Assembly: GCA_030429445.1 (NCBI GenBank)
Contig: JAUIFG010000003.1
Location: 9,099-73,098, forward strand
DNA from: a bacterium
GTDB taxonomy: Bacteria > Patescibacteriota > Saccharimonadia > Saccharimonadales > Saccharimonadaceae
Length of the DNA: 64,000 nucleotides
Direction of reading: 5' to 3'
In this document: piece by piece, positions 27,402-37,675 of the stretch
Numbering within the stretch: the first letter of the stretch is position 1
How the letters are laid out: each line of letters starts with the position of its first letter
Notes under the pieces: generated by a model
Database searches by the model: none
The model's input: the letters and a program-made list of their open reading frames with translations, nothing else
What the model was told of the DNA's origin: nothing
Translations under genes and position numbers: made by a program

Positions 27402-28085
27402 TTATTGCCTGTAACTCCCCTGCGCTTGGTCACTTGTCACCTTACCGTGATCAAGCGTAATAACACGACGTTTCAGCTTGTTTACAATCTCAACATTATG
27501 AGTAGTAAGCAAAACGGTTGTTCCATATTTGTTAATTTTTTCCAATAAACGCACGATGTCCCAACTGTGTTTTGGATCGAGGTTGCCCGTTGGCTCATCC
27601 GCAATTAAAATCTTTGGTTGTCGCACAACTGCACGTGCGATTGCAACACGCTGCCGTTCGCCGCCAGACAATTGATGCGGGAATTGTTTTTCCTTACCAG
27701 TTAGACCAACCAATTCGATGACTTTTGGCACAGTGTTCTTGATCTCACGACCGGTCATGCCGGCAATCTCTAATGCAAAAGCAATATTTTCGTACACTGT
27801 ACGCTGCGGTAATAGTTTAAAATCCTGAAAGACAACGCCAATTTTGCGACGCAAAAGAGGAATGTGCTTGTCTTTTAGCTGATCATAATCGATCCCACCA
27901 ATAACAATTTTGCCACTAGTTGGTTTTTCTTCACGAGTTAATAGTTTCAAGAGTGTTGATTTGCCCGCGCCGCTCGTGCCCACAATGATAACGAATTCTT
28001 TTGGCTCAACATGCAAACTAATCCGGTTCAGTGCCGGTTTGTCATCTCGTCCGTATGATTTCGTTACCCTATCTAGCAGTATCAT
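27402..28085 (-). CDS. ftsE: Cell division ATP-binding protein FtsE
   Basis: GTSGAGKST, IGVVFQDFKLL, LSGGERQR, ADEPTGNLD. Confidence 0.95.
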   Translation of the reverse strand: MILLDRVTKSYGRDDKPALNRISLHVEPKEFVIIVGTSGAGKSTLLKLLTREEKPTSGKIVIGGIDYDQLKDKHIPLLRRKIGVVFQDFKLLPQRTVYENIAFALEIAGMTGREIKNTVPKVIELVGLTGKEKQFPHQLSGGERQRVAIARAVVRQPKILIADEPTGNLDPKHSWDIVRLLEKINKYGTTVLLTTHNVEIVNKLKRRVITLDHGKVTSDQAQGSYRQ

Positions 28086-28139
28086 CTATGCCTTTTATTA
28101 TAGCATAACGCTCATGGAAAAATAGCAAATAACTAGTGT

Positions 28140-29234
28140 TTAATTGTCGGTACCGTCCGCAAGATTATGCTCTAGATAGGCGTTGATAAAACCATCGATT
28201 TTGCCGTCTAATACCGATTGTGGATCTTTTTCTTCGTACTTCGTACGCGTATCTTTAACAAGTGTATACGGATGAAGAATATAGTTACGAATTTGGCTAC
28301 CCCAATTTGCTGACTCCCCTGCGCGTAAATCTGCGATTGATTCAGCATGCTGTTCTACCTGCAGGTGCGCCAACTTTGAGCGCACTATCTTCATCGCCGT
28401 TTCTTTGTTTTGTAGTTGACTTCGCTCGTTCTGAATCGCCACAACAATACCCGTCGGTATGTGCGTTATGCGTACTGCACTGTCGGTTGTATTTACCGAC
28501 TGTCCGCCATGCCCACCAGCTCGATATACATCAATTTTTAAATCCTTTTCATCAATCTGAACCTCGTCGGGTGTATCAATTTGAGGTAAAACTTCAACTA
28601 GTGCAAAACTGGTCTGGCGCAAATTGTCACTATTGAATGGACTGAGACGCACTAGGCGATGCACGCCATTTTCGCTCCGCAATTTTCCATATGCGTACGG
28701 CCCGCTCACTTCAAAAACACTTGTTTTTATACCCGCTTCTTCACCTGTTGATCGGTCGTCTTGCACTACTTTCATTCCATCATTTTCTGCCCAGCGCAAA
28801 TACATCCGTTCAAGCATCTCTGCAAAATCTTGGGCATCAGTTCCACCTACACCCGCACTGATGCGTACAATTGCATCATGATCATCATATTTACCGTTAA
28901 ATAATAGTTCTTTTTTTCGTTCAATTAGCTCGGTCTCTAAAGCCTCAATCTGACCCTCGAATTCAGCCTGCAATGTATCATCGCCCATCCCCATTAATTC
29001 AACAATATCGTCAACTTGTGCGCGAAGCGTCTGCCATGGCTGAACCTGCGCAGACAAGGCAGCCTGCTGTTTACTTTTTGCTTGCGCATCAGCAGGATTG
29101 TTCCAGATTTCCGGCACAGACAACTTATCATCAAGTGCTGATAATTGCTCGGCTTTGCTATCAATTGACAGCTGCCGATACGCAGTAGTAACGTCATCCT
29201 TTAATGACTGGACTCTTTTTTCCAGTGGTTGCAT
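28140..29234 (-). CDS. prfB: Peptide chain release factor 2
   Basis: GVHRLVRLSPF (SPF), GGQ; continuous frame from MQPLEK. Confidence 0.95.
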   Translation of the reverse strand: MQPLEKRVQSLKDDVTTAYRQLSIDSKAEQLSALDDKLSVPEIWNNPADAQAKSKQQAALSAQVQPWQTLRAQVDDIVELMGMGDDTLQAEFEGQIEALETELIERKKELLFNGKYDDHDAIVRISAGVGGTDAQDFAEMLERMYLRWAENDGMKVVQDDRSTGEEAGIKTSVFEVSGPYAYGKLRSENGVHRLVRLSPFNSDNLRQTSFALVEVLPQIDTPDEVQIDEKDLKIDVYRAGGHGGQSVNTTDSAVRITHIPTGIVVAIQNERSQLQNKETAMKIVRSKLAHLQVEQHAESIADLRAGESANWGSQIRNYILHPYTLVKDTRTKYEEKDPQSVLDGKIDGFINAYLEHNLADGTDN

Positions 29235-29276
29235 GGGTATAATTATACAGTACGCACCCATGCTACACTTGAGTAT

Positions 29277-29942
29277 ATGGTGAAAATCGGTGTATTTGAC
29301 TCGGGAATCGGCGGACAAGCAATCGCTGATAAACTGCACGACTTGTTTCCTGCTGCAAAAATTATCTCTGTTAATGATAGTGCAAACGTTCCTTATGGAA
29401 ACAGGCATCGTGGTTCTATCATTCAAATGACCGAAGATGCGATCAAGCCACTGATCAAAAAAAAGTGCGATGTAATCGTTATTGCATGTAACACAGCGAC
29501 AACGAACGCTATCGACGATATACGCAAAAAACACCCAAGCATCCATTTTGTTGGCATTGAGCCAATGATAAAGCCAGCCGCAAAATTAACGCAAACAAAA
29601 ACAATTGCAGTCTTTGCAACAACCGGAACCCTAAAAAGCCATCGATACCACCAGCTAAAACATCGATGGGCATCTCAGCTAGTCGTGCTCGAGCCCGATT
29701 GTAGCCAATGGGCTACTCGTATCGAAAATGGCGAAGCTGAACGTATTGATATTCATTCTGCTATCTCGGAGGTAAAGCGATGGAATGCCGATGTTATCGT
29801 GCTCGGCTGTACGCACTACCACCACATCAAAGATCGTATAGAGAGAGCTGCCGGACCGGGTATCCACGTGCTTGAACCATCCGATGCAATCGGTGCACGA
29901 TTAGACGCAATACTATCTACAAACTCTGAACTGCCTGAATAA
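29277..29942 (+). CDS. murI: Glutamate racemase
   Basis: IGVFDSGIGG, PYG, IACNTA, VLGCTHY. Confidence 0.95.
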   Translation: MVKIGVFDSGIGGQAIADKLHDLFPAAKIISVNDSANVPYGNRHRGSIIQMTEDAIKPLIKKKCDVIVIACNTATTNAIDDIRKKHPSIHFVGIEPMIKPAAKLTQTKTIAVFATTGTLKSHRYHQLKHRWASQLVVLEPDCSQWATRIENGEAERIDIHSAISEVKRWNADVIVLGCTHYHHIKDRIERAAGPGIHVLEPSDAIGARLDAILSTNSELPE

Positions 29943-31212
29943 ACTGATCGCCTCTGTCTGAATAACTCGTAAACATGTCAAAGCTTGCGCACGCTGGGCT
30001 GAGGATCACAACATCTCCCGCCTCTGCCGCATCGGTTGCTGATTTTACTATATCCGTCATCGAAACAGCAGAACCAAGATTTGTATAGCGAGCAAAGGAC
30101 GCATTTTTTAGAGCCATCTCAATCTTTGGAGCCTCAGCACCAACCAAAAGTACTCTACGAATATCCGAGCTCGTTTTTATCTGTTTTGCCAATCCATCAT
30201 ACGAAGCACCCTTACTTGAGCCACCCAAAATCAACACTTTAGGTGAATCGAATGCAGTGATTGCTGCAATCGCGCTACCAGGTGTTGTCGCAATACTGTC
30301 ATCGAAATACCTTATGTCATTCACCGATCCAACAAGTTTTAAGCGATGAGGCAGCCCCTCAAAAGTCTCGACACCTCGTTCCATGTCAAAGCCATCCTTT
30401 AGCCATGGCCAAACAGCAGTAATTGCAGCACATGTATTATCACGGTTATGAGCGCCCGCCAATTTCAACGCAGCAACCGAAAACAACTCATTCTCGCCAT
30501 AATAGAACATACCGTCTCTGATATGTGCCGCAGTTTCATCTGGGTATGCCACCTTGTTAGTCGCAGGTGAAACTTTGCTGACATACTCAGAATATTGATT
30601 CCCTGCCCTGGAAACAACAACATCATCAGGCTTTTGATACTTGGCGATATTCGCCTTTGCCATTAAATAATCATTAAAATCTTTGTGTACGTCCAAGTGC
30701 TCCGACTCAATGCCCAACACAACAGCGACATGAGGACTTATGTCACTATCCCAAAGTTGAAAACTACTGAGCTCATAAATAACGATGTCACGAGAGTTGA
30801 TTTGATTCAGTACATCAAGCGCACCAACGCCAATATTGCCAACAAGCCACGCCTTTTTACCAGTAGCATCCAGCATCGCCTTTATCAAACTACACGTCGT
30901 TCCCTTGCCTTTTGTGCCCGTAACACCAATAACTGGCGCTGGACAATGTTTCAAAAACTCCCGAGTTACCGTCGTTAACTCACCAGTCACTTCAACTTGC
31001 CATGGCGGAATGGACGGTGACTTAACTATCAAATCGGCCGTTATGCCCTTGAAATCTTTTAAACCGCCCACAAAACGAACACCTTCGGGCAACTGTTTTG
31101 TCGGTTTTAGATTATTATCATATACCGTAAATGTCGAACCAGGATGCAATGCGCTGTAATACTTATAGACGCTTTCGCCTTCGACACCATAACCTAAAAT
31201 AGCAATATTCAT
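29917..31212 (-). CDS. murD: UDP-N-acetylmuramoyl-L-alanine--D-glutamate ligase
   Basis: GVTGTKGKGTT, ELSSFQL, HLDVH, LPHRL, DDSIATT, LSPACASFD. Confidence 0.95.
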   Translation of the reverse strand: MNIAILGYGVEGESVYKYYSALHPGSTFTVYDNNLKPTKQLPEGVRFVGGLKDFKGITADLIVKSPSIPPWQVEVTGELTTVTREFLKHCPAPVIGVTGTKGKGTTCSLIKAMLDATGKKAWLVGNIGVGALDVLNQINSRDIVIYELSSFQLWDSDISPHVAVVLGIESEHLDVHKDFNDYLMAKANIAKYQKPDDVVVSRAGNQYSEYVSKVSPATNKVAYPDETAAHIRDGMFYYGENELFSVAALKLAGAHNRDNTCAAITAVWPWLKDGFDMERGVETFEGLPHRLKLVGSVNDIRYFDDSIATTPGSAIAAITAFDSPKVLILGGSSKGASYDGLAKQIKTSSDIRRVLLVGAEAPKIEMALKNASFARYTNLGSAVSMTDIVKSATDAAEAGDVVILSPACASFDMFTSYSDRGDQFIQAVQSL

Positions 31213-31228
31213 AAATCTAGTATATCAA

Positions 31229-32515
31229 CTATTTGGATTCAAAGAGGGTAGATAATTTATCATCAAGCGATACAAAATCTTTGCGTTCACCCGAGCTAAC
31301 ACCGGCCAAAACGCTAATATTATGCTCGATAAACATCTTTGCGGTATTGATAATACACTCTCTTGTTGTGCCGTTAATCGATTCTGGAACTTTTTCATAA
31401 TCCTTGACAACCCCATCAGCAAAATAACGATTCGTGTAAAAATTGCTAATTTGAGACACCGTCTGAGCGCCCATCTGATGCCGACCAAGTGCATATGATT
31501 TTGCGGCGTTTATCTCTGCCTCGCTAATTTTTCCGTTCAAAATGGCGTGCAACTCACGCACAATTATTTCAAATAACGCATCGGCGGTTTCTAAATTAAC
31601 TTGTCCACCAAAATCCCATGACGAATCGTGAAAGCCAACTGATGTATCACTGAACATTCCATATGCCAGCCCTCGTTTACGTGCAGCTCCATATATACGA
31701 GAATGATTTGTACCCGTCAGAATATGATCCAGACAATCCATTGCGTCAGATTCTTCATCCGAAAGCTCACGAGGTACAATTAACGACCACGCAAATGTTA
31801 GATTCGATGCCTCTTTGCGTCGGATTAATGTCGGCTTGCCCGAATGAAAATCATCTTGTGGCGCGGGGAAACGCTCGCCTTCTGGCAATTCCCACTCCTC
31901 TAACTGTCGGCGAATTTCAGCCTTGCGTCCATGCAACTTACCTGCAATAACAAAACGCATATTCTTTGAGGTATGCGTACGAGAATGATGCTCTTTGATG
32001 TGACGAAGTTTGACTCGCGGGATTGTACGCAAACGCTGATTAAAAGTCAGCACATCTTCACCTAGTAGCTGTTGGACTTTTGGCCACAACAATCGATTAT
32101 GACTATTTAAATATCCCGTCAATTCGCTACGAACATTGCCTTTCTCTGCATCGAGTTCTTCATTATTAAACCGTGGCTGACAGATTGAGACACGTTGTAA
32201 ATCTAAAATTCGCTCCCACTCAAAGTCTGCACAATCAGCAATATACACCATGCTCATGTCGCTTGTATAAGCATTATGATACGCACCATTTTTGGTAAAC
32301 TCTGCTTCAAATTGATGCTCATCATGAAACCGCGCATTTGCACCAAACGCCATATGCTCCATGATGTGCGCTGCCTCATATACATTCTTATTTTTTACAT
32401 AACGATTACCTGCGCGAAATTGAAATTGAAAGCTCATGACAGTTGCACCAGGTACGTCAATGAGCAACCCTCGTGCACCATTCTTTAGTCTCACCTCTTC
32501 GACAGTATGTTTCAT
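31229..32515 (-). CDS. M16 family zinc metallopeptidase
   Basis: AHIMEHMAF (HxxEH), NAYTS. Confidence 0.9.
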   Translation of the reverse strand: MKHTVEEVRLKNGARGLLIDVPGATVMSFQFQFRAGNRYVKNKNVYEAAHIMEHMAFGANARFHDEHQFEAEFTKNGAYHNAYTSDMSMVYIADCADFEWERILDLQRVSICQPRFNNEELDAEKGNVRSELTGYLNSHNRLLWPKVQQLLGEDVLTFNQRLRTIPRVKLRHIKEHHSRTHTSKNMRFVIAGKLHGRKAEIRRQLEEWELPEGERFPAPQDDFHSGKPTLIRRKEASNLTFAWSLIVPRELSDEESDAMDCLDHILTGTNHSRIYGAARKRGLAYGMFSDTSVGFHDSSWDFGGQVNLETADALFEIIVRELHAILNGKISEAEINAAKSYALGRHQMGAQTVSQISNFYTNRYFADGVVKDYEKVPESINGTTRECIINTAKMFIEHNISVLAGVSSGERKDFVSLDDKLSTLFESK

Positions 32516-35127
32516 CGACGACTCTTCTTTCGATTCTGCCTCTGTTTCTTCTTCTTTTTACGCGCATCACTCTTTGCTTTTGCCTCGCCCTTTGGCTTCT
32601 TTGCAATATCAAAATCATCATCACGATTTTTTTCACCATTGGTAATTTCATTTGCTCCACGCTCAACTGCATGCTCCGCTAGCTTCGTCAACTCAGTCTC
32701 GTGCTCCTCTTCGATAACCGCCCTCACATCACTTGCCCGAACGCGCATGATAGTTCCCAAAACCTCATCACGAAGCGTTGCCTGCAAACTATCGAAAAGC
32801 TTTGCGCTCTCAGAACGATATTCAACCAATGGATCACGCTGACCAACAGAGCGCCAATGAATACCCTCGCGCAAATGTTGCATATTTTCGAGATGCTGCA
32901 TCCATAATGTATCAAGTACTTGCAAATAAACATCTCGTTCTACCTTGCGTAGAGTCTTGGTTGTGAGCTCTTTTTCCTTTCCTGCATACAGTTTAGCTAC
33001 CGCCTCTTTGGCCATTTCACGACGATTTTTATCTCGCTTTTCGGCACCAATTTTTTCTAATTCCTTTTCATCTAATGGAAATACAGCAGCAAATTCTTCG
33101 GCAAACTTTGGATTATTTTTTGCCGGTAAATCAACTAACGTATCTACCTTTTCGCCCACTAATCGTTCGATTTCTGGCTTGATATTCTCGCCTTCCAAAA
33201 TCTTGCGACGCATTGTGTACACAACTTTTCGATGCTTATTGATAACATTATCGTACTGAACAACATTCTTTCGGATGTCATAGTTGTAACCTTCGACGCG
33301 CTTCTGAGCGGCTTCAAGTGTCTTTGTTACAGCCCTATTCTGGATCGGAGTATCTTCGGTAACGCCAAGCCGAGTCATCAATTTAGCTATGCGCTCACCT
33401 TGGAAAATACGCATGAGATCATCTTCGGTTGATACATAAAATTGCGTCTCGCCCGGATCACCCTGACGACCACCACGACCACGTAACTGATTATCAATTC
33501 GGCGAGATTCATGTCGTTCACTACCGATCACTACCAGACCACCCAACTCCTTGACTCCATCAGCTAGTTTGATATCAGTACCACGACCCGCAATGTTGGT
33601 CGCCAAAGTAATCGCACCTTTCTCGCCCGCCTTTTCGATAATCGCTGCCTCACGCTCGTTATTCTTTGCGTTCAAGATTTCGTACTTGATACCCTCTTTG
33701 CGCAAATAATTAGCAATCATTTCGTTTTTTGTAATTGATGCGCTACCGACCAAAACCGGCCGACCAGCCTTGTGATGCTCTCTTATGGCATCAGCGACGG
33801 CCTTCAATTTGCCCTTTTCTGTCTTGAAAATCAAATCTTCTTTATCGTCACGAATAATTGGTCGATTCGATGGAATCTGAACAACGTCCAAACTATAAAT
33901 TTGCTGGAATTCTTCGGCTTCAGTGAACGCTGTACCCGTCATGCCGGCTAACTTGTCATAAAGCCGGAAGAAGTTCTGAAACGAAACTGTTGCGAGTGTC
34001 ATGCTTTCCTGCAAGACAGCGACACCTTCTTTGGCCTCGATTGCCTGATGAAGACCCTCATTATAACGACGACCTTGCATTAAACGACCGGTGTGTTCAT
34101 CAACTATTATCACCTCGCCATCTTTGGTAACGACATAATCTTTATCTCTGTGAAATAATGCCTGAGCCTTGAGAGCCTGGTCAACGTGATAGACGGATTG
34201 TACGTATCCAGGCGTGTATAAATTTTTTATTCCCAACATTTTTTGCACTTTTTCAACACCCTCGTCGCTCAACGCAACCGTGCGCCTCTTTTCATCCAAA
34301 ACATAATCGTCAGGAACTAACCTTGCAGCAACTTTCGCAAACTGCAGATAACTGTCTGGATTTTCAGCTGCCGGCGCACTAATAATCAATGGTGTCCGTG
34401 CTTCATCGATCAAGATACTATCGACCTCGTCAACAATCGCAAAATTCAGTGTACGCTGACGCAATTCTTCAACATCGTTTACCATGTTGTCGCGCAAGTA
34501 ATCAAAGCCAAATTCGTTGTTTGTTCCGTATGTTACATCCGCTGCGTATGCCTCTTTACGACTCACGGGGCGTAATTTTCGCATGCGTGGATCGTCGTGC
34601 TTTTCATTATCATAATTAGGATCATAAATAAACGAAGCGTCATTAATAATAACGCCAGTCGACATACCCAAGAAATGATATATCTCACCCATCCAGCCAG
34701 CATCTCGTTGTGCCAGATAGTCATTCACAGTCACAACATGCACGCCCTTGCCAGTCAGTGCATTCAGATACACAGGCAGGGTTGCAACAAGAGTTTTACC
34801 TTCACCAGTTTTCATCTCGGCGACATTACCTTCGTGAAGTGCCATACCGCCAATCAACTGAACATCAAAGTGACGTTGACCGAGGACTCGATCACCCACC
34901 TCGCGTACTAATGCAAATGCATCCGGCAAAATATCATCAAGTTCTACTTTCTTTTTCCCTAATCTATTTTTGAGCACCTCCGTCTGTTTTTTTAGCTCTG
35001 GCTTGCTCATTTTGTGGTACTTTTCAGCAAGCGCATTAATTGCGCCGACCTTTTTTTCTAAACCTTTAAGAATCCGCTTTTGCGGGTCACCGAATATTTT
35101 TGTTAAGACCCCTTGTCTGCTAACCAT
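32512..35127 (-). CDS. secA: Preprotein translocase subunit SecA
   Basis: EMKTGEGKT, VVTVNDYLAQRD, DEVDSILIDEARTPLIIS, RRIDNQLRGRGGRQGDPG. Confidence 0.97.
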   Translation of the reverse strand: MVSRQGVLTKIFGDPQKRILKGLEKKVGAINALAEKYHKMSKPELKKQTEVLKNRLGKKKVELDDILPDAFALVREVGDRVLGQRHFDVQLIGGMALHEGNVAEMKTGEGKTLVATLPVYLNALTGKGVHVVTVNDYLAQRDAGWMGEIYHFLGMSTGVIINDASFIYDPNYDNEKHDDPRMRKLRPVSRKEAYAADVTYGTNNEFGFDYLRDNMVNDVEELRQRTLNFAIVDEVDSILIDEARTPLIISAPAAENPDSYLQFAKVAARLVPDDYVLDEKRRTVALSDEGVEKVQKMLGIKNLYTPGYVQSVYHVDQALKAQALFHRDKDYVVTKDGEVIIVDEHTGRLMQGRRYNEGLHQAIEAKEGVAVLQESMTLATVSFQNFFRLYDKLAGMTGTAFTEAEEFQQIYSLDVVQIPSNRPIIRDDKEDLIFKTEKGKLKAVADAIREHHKAGRPVLVGSASITKNEMIANYLRKEGIKYEILNAKNNEREAAIIEKAGEKGAITLATNIAGRGTDIKLADGVKELGGLVVIGSERHESRRIDNQLRGRGGRQGDPGETQFYVSTEDDLMRIFQGERIAKLMTRLGVTEDTPIQNRAVTKTLEAAQKRVEGYNYDIRKNVVQYDNVINKHRKVVYTMRRKILEGENIKPEIERLVGEKVDTLVDLPAKNNPKFAEEFAAVFPLDEKELEKIGAEKRDKNRREMAKEAVAKLYAGKEKELTTKTLRKVERDVYLQVLDTLWMQHLENMQHLREGIHWRSVGQRDPLVEYRSESAKLFDSLQATLRDEVLGTIMRVRASDVRAVIEEEHETELTKLAEHAVERGANEITNGEKNRDDDFDIAKKPKGEAKAKSDARKKKKKQRQNRKKSRR

Positions 35128-35218
35128 AAATAGACTCACTCCTGCCGTAATAGCCTGAAAATAACTACCTTAATTATAGCGTAATTTTTACCAAAAAGAC
35201 AGGTGTTTTTGACGACAG

Positions 35219-35605
35219 TTAAGACTTTTTTTCAACACTCAAACCACTGCCACGCCTCAGACGCAACAAAACACGCCCACGTTTACTACGCCTCTTGAGT
35301 GCTGTCTTGTAGCGATGCAACTGAGAGACTAGCTTTGATTCAACAATATCAACTGCCGCCAGAATATTAAGCGTCGAATCTTTGGCAACAAGTGTTTTCT
35401 GCGGTAGTTTAATTACGACTTCAGCTTCGTACTTGTTCCCATACGCACGATTTACTTCCCGCAAAACCACTTCTGCAGAAACAGAGGTACGGGCGTGACG
35501 AGGAATAAATCTATCGAGTCGACTAATTTTTTTGACAACGTACTTCTTTGTAGCTTCATCAACGTCATACCTTGCTCCAGAAGTAATTGTAATATGATCA
35601 ATCAT
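35219..35605 (-). CDS. hpf: Ribosome hibernation promoting factor (RaiA/HPF)
   Basis: KKYVVKKISRLDRF...AAVDIVESKL..QL.RYK; lies upstream of secA. Confidence 0.85.
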   Translation of the reverse strand: MIDHITITSGARYDVDEATKKYVVKKISRLDRFIPRHARTSVSAEVVLREVNRAYGNKYEAEVVIKLPQKTLVAKDSTLNILAAVDIVESKLVSQLHRYKTALKRRSKRGRVLLRLRRGSGLSVEKKS

Positions 35606-35607
35606 AG

Positions 35608-36915
35608 TTACAGTATTTCACGACCACCCATATATGGTCGTAGCGCCTCCGGAACTTGCACATTACCTTCTGCAGTTTGAAAGTTTTCAATAATACCAAT
35701 AATCGGGCGTTGTGAAAATGCAGTTGCATCATTTGTATGAACAAATTCGACTTCACCAGACGAACGACGAACCCGCGTCTTCATAGCACGAGCCTGAAAA
35801 TCAGTCAGATAGTCAGCCGTATGCGTTTCGCGATACTGCTGCTGTGATGGCAACCATACATCCAAATCGACACCCTTAGCATTCGGACGGCCAATATCCG
35901 CCGTGCATTTTTCGAGCACACGATACGGCAAACCTAATTGCTGCATCAAATACTCCTGAATTGCAACCATAAAGCGATGCTCATCCAGTGATACATCTGC
36001 CGTTGCAAAGCTTTCCATCTCAAGCTTGTTGAACTGATGCAGACGAAAAATACCTTCTGTATCTTTGCCGTATGTCCCCGCCTCGCGACGAAATGCAGTC
36101 GTGTAACCAACCAAACGTACTGGTAGTTCAGCTTCGGGTACTATTTCGTCTAGATACATCGGCGACATAGTGTGCTCGGCACTTGCGTTTAGCCACAAAT
36201 CTTCATCTTCAATCTTGTACGTCTGTTCTTGCTTGTTTAGTCGGCCAGTTGCTTCAAATACTGCCGTTTTTGCAACAGCTGGCGGTAAAACAAATGTGAA
36301 TGGCTTATCGCTCACATTCAAGCTATTATCTGCAGCAATTTTACGCAAAGTTTCTTGATTCGTAAGTGTTTCGATACCAAACTGCCACAATGCAAATTCC
36401 AATCGAGCCATATCACCCTTGATATAGACAAACCGCGAACCGGCAACTTTGACAGCGCGTGGTGTGTCCAACCACCCCTTTGCCTCGGCAATTTCGGCAT
36501 GATTTTTTGGCTCAAAGTCAAAGCGGGGCTTATCACCCACCTCTTTGACTACAACATTTTCATCCTCAGTCGCACCAACTGGTACATCAGGAAGTGCCAT
36601 GTTTGGAACGGCCTTGAGAAGTTTCCAAAACATTCCATCCGCGTTCTCCAAACGACCCTCAGATTCAGACAACTCAAGCTTTATCTGCTTACCCTCATCA
36701 ATAATCGTTTGGTCGGGTTGACCTCCGCCTCCGGCGGACTTCATTTTTGATGCATTCTGATTGCGTCGTTCACGTAGTTCATCGACCTGTTGTTGCAAGG
36801 TTCGACGCTCATTGTCTAATTCAACAAGCCTAGGTACATCTATATCATGCCCTTTGTTTCGAGCATTTTGCGCAACAGCATCGGGCTGTTCGCGTATCAA
36901 GCGAATATCAATCAT
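35608..36915 (-). CDS. serS: Serine--tRNA ligase
   Basis: FRREAGTYGKDTEGIFRLHQFNKLE, DFQAR, ENFQ. Confidence 0.97.
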   Translation of the reverse strand: MIDIRLIREQPDAVAQNARNKGHDIDVPRLVELDNERRTLQQQVDELRERRNQNASKMKSAGGGGQPDQTIIDEGKQIKLELSESEGRLENADGMFWKLLKAVPNMALPDVPVGATEDENVVVKEVGDKPRFDFEPKNHAEIAEAKGWLDTPRAVKVAGSRFVYIKGDMARLEFALWQFGIETLTNQETLRKIAADNSLNVSDKPFTFVLPPAVAKTAVFEATGRLNKQEQTYKIEDEDLWLNASAEHTMSPMYLDEIVPEAELPVRLVGYTTAFRREAGTYGKDTEGIFRLHQFNKLEMESFATADVSLDEHRFMVAIQEYLMQQLGLPYRVLEKCTADIGRPNAKGVDLDVWLPSQQQYRETHTADYLTDFQARAMKTRVRRSSGEVEFVHTNDATAFSQRPIIGIIENFQTAEGNVQVPEALRPYMGGREIL

Positions 36916-36947
36916 GAGTTTATTGTAGCAAACAGTTTATCTACTCG

Positions 36948-37634
36948 CTAGCGAGCTACTGTGTTTACGCCTGGTTTCATAAATGCTCGACGCGCCATGT
37001 CTCGCATAGTCTTTCGACGAGTGAGTGCATTACTGGTTGCAATAAGTTCGGTGAGAGTCTTTTTTCGCTCATCATCAAGCTCTTTGTTGTTCACAATGTA
37101 CAGTGTTGAGTAGACTGCCAGATGCTCTTCTTGCAATGACAATTCAACAGTACTGTTAGCGCCTGTATCTGCCACGATAGCAACATCCGAAAAACCAGCT
37201 TTTTCCAGCCGTTCTCTCAATTTGTTTCCTTTATAGACTGGGTATACCGCCGTCACTCCCCGATAACCTTCATTATTAACAGTTGCCCCTATCATCTCTT
37301 GTAGCGCTTTTGCCTGATCTTTCTGGTCAAGGTGTTGCATCATAAATGAACTGATAACGACATCATACTTACCGCGAAAATCTCCTAAATCAGTCGCATC
37401 AGCTGCTTCCCAATTTTCTCCAACTGGAGGATTGGTGGCATAGTCAAAATCAATACGCTCAACAGATTTGCCTTGTTGTACGACCGATTCAGCAAAGTCA
37501 CTATCACCAGCCCCGACATCTAGAATTGTTTGTACATTATCAGATGCGATGACCTCACCGAATACTCGACGATAGAGTGCCGCTGATTTGTTTGTTCGTT
37601 CAATTTTTTTCTGTTTTTCGTGAGCACGAGGCAT
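36948..37634 (-). CDS. Class I SAM-dependent methyltransferase
   Basis: ILDVGAGDS, ADATDL, YDVVISSFMMQHL. Confidence 0.8.
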   Translation of the reverse strand: MPRAHEKQKKIERTNKSAALYRRVFGEVIASDNVQTILDVGAGDSDFAESVVQQGKSVERIDFDYATNPPVGENWEAADATDLGDFRGKYDVVISSFMMQHLDQKDQAKALQEMIGATVNNEGYRGVTAVYPVYKGNKLRERLEKAGFSDVAIVADTGANSTVELSLQEEHLAVYSTLYIVNNKELDDERKKTLTELIATSNALTRRKTMRDMARRAFMKPGVNTVAR

Positions 37635-37675
37635 ATAATCATATTATAACACAATGCTTATGGTAAATCAATGAC

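Noticed and set aside
29140..29234. Programmed +1 frameshift in prfB
   Set aside because: The frame is continuous from MQPLEK to the stop and there is no CTT-TGA site. The 468-aa ORF-track version is an upstream over-extension across murI.
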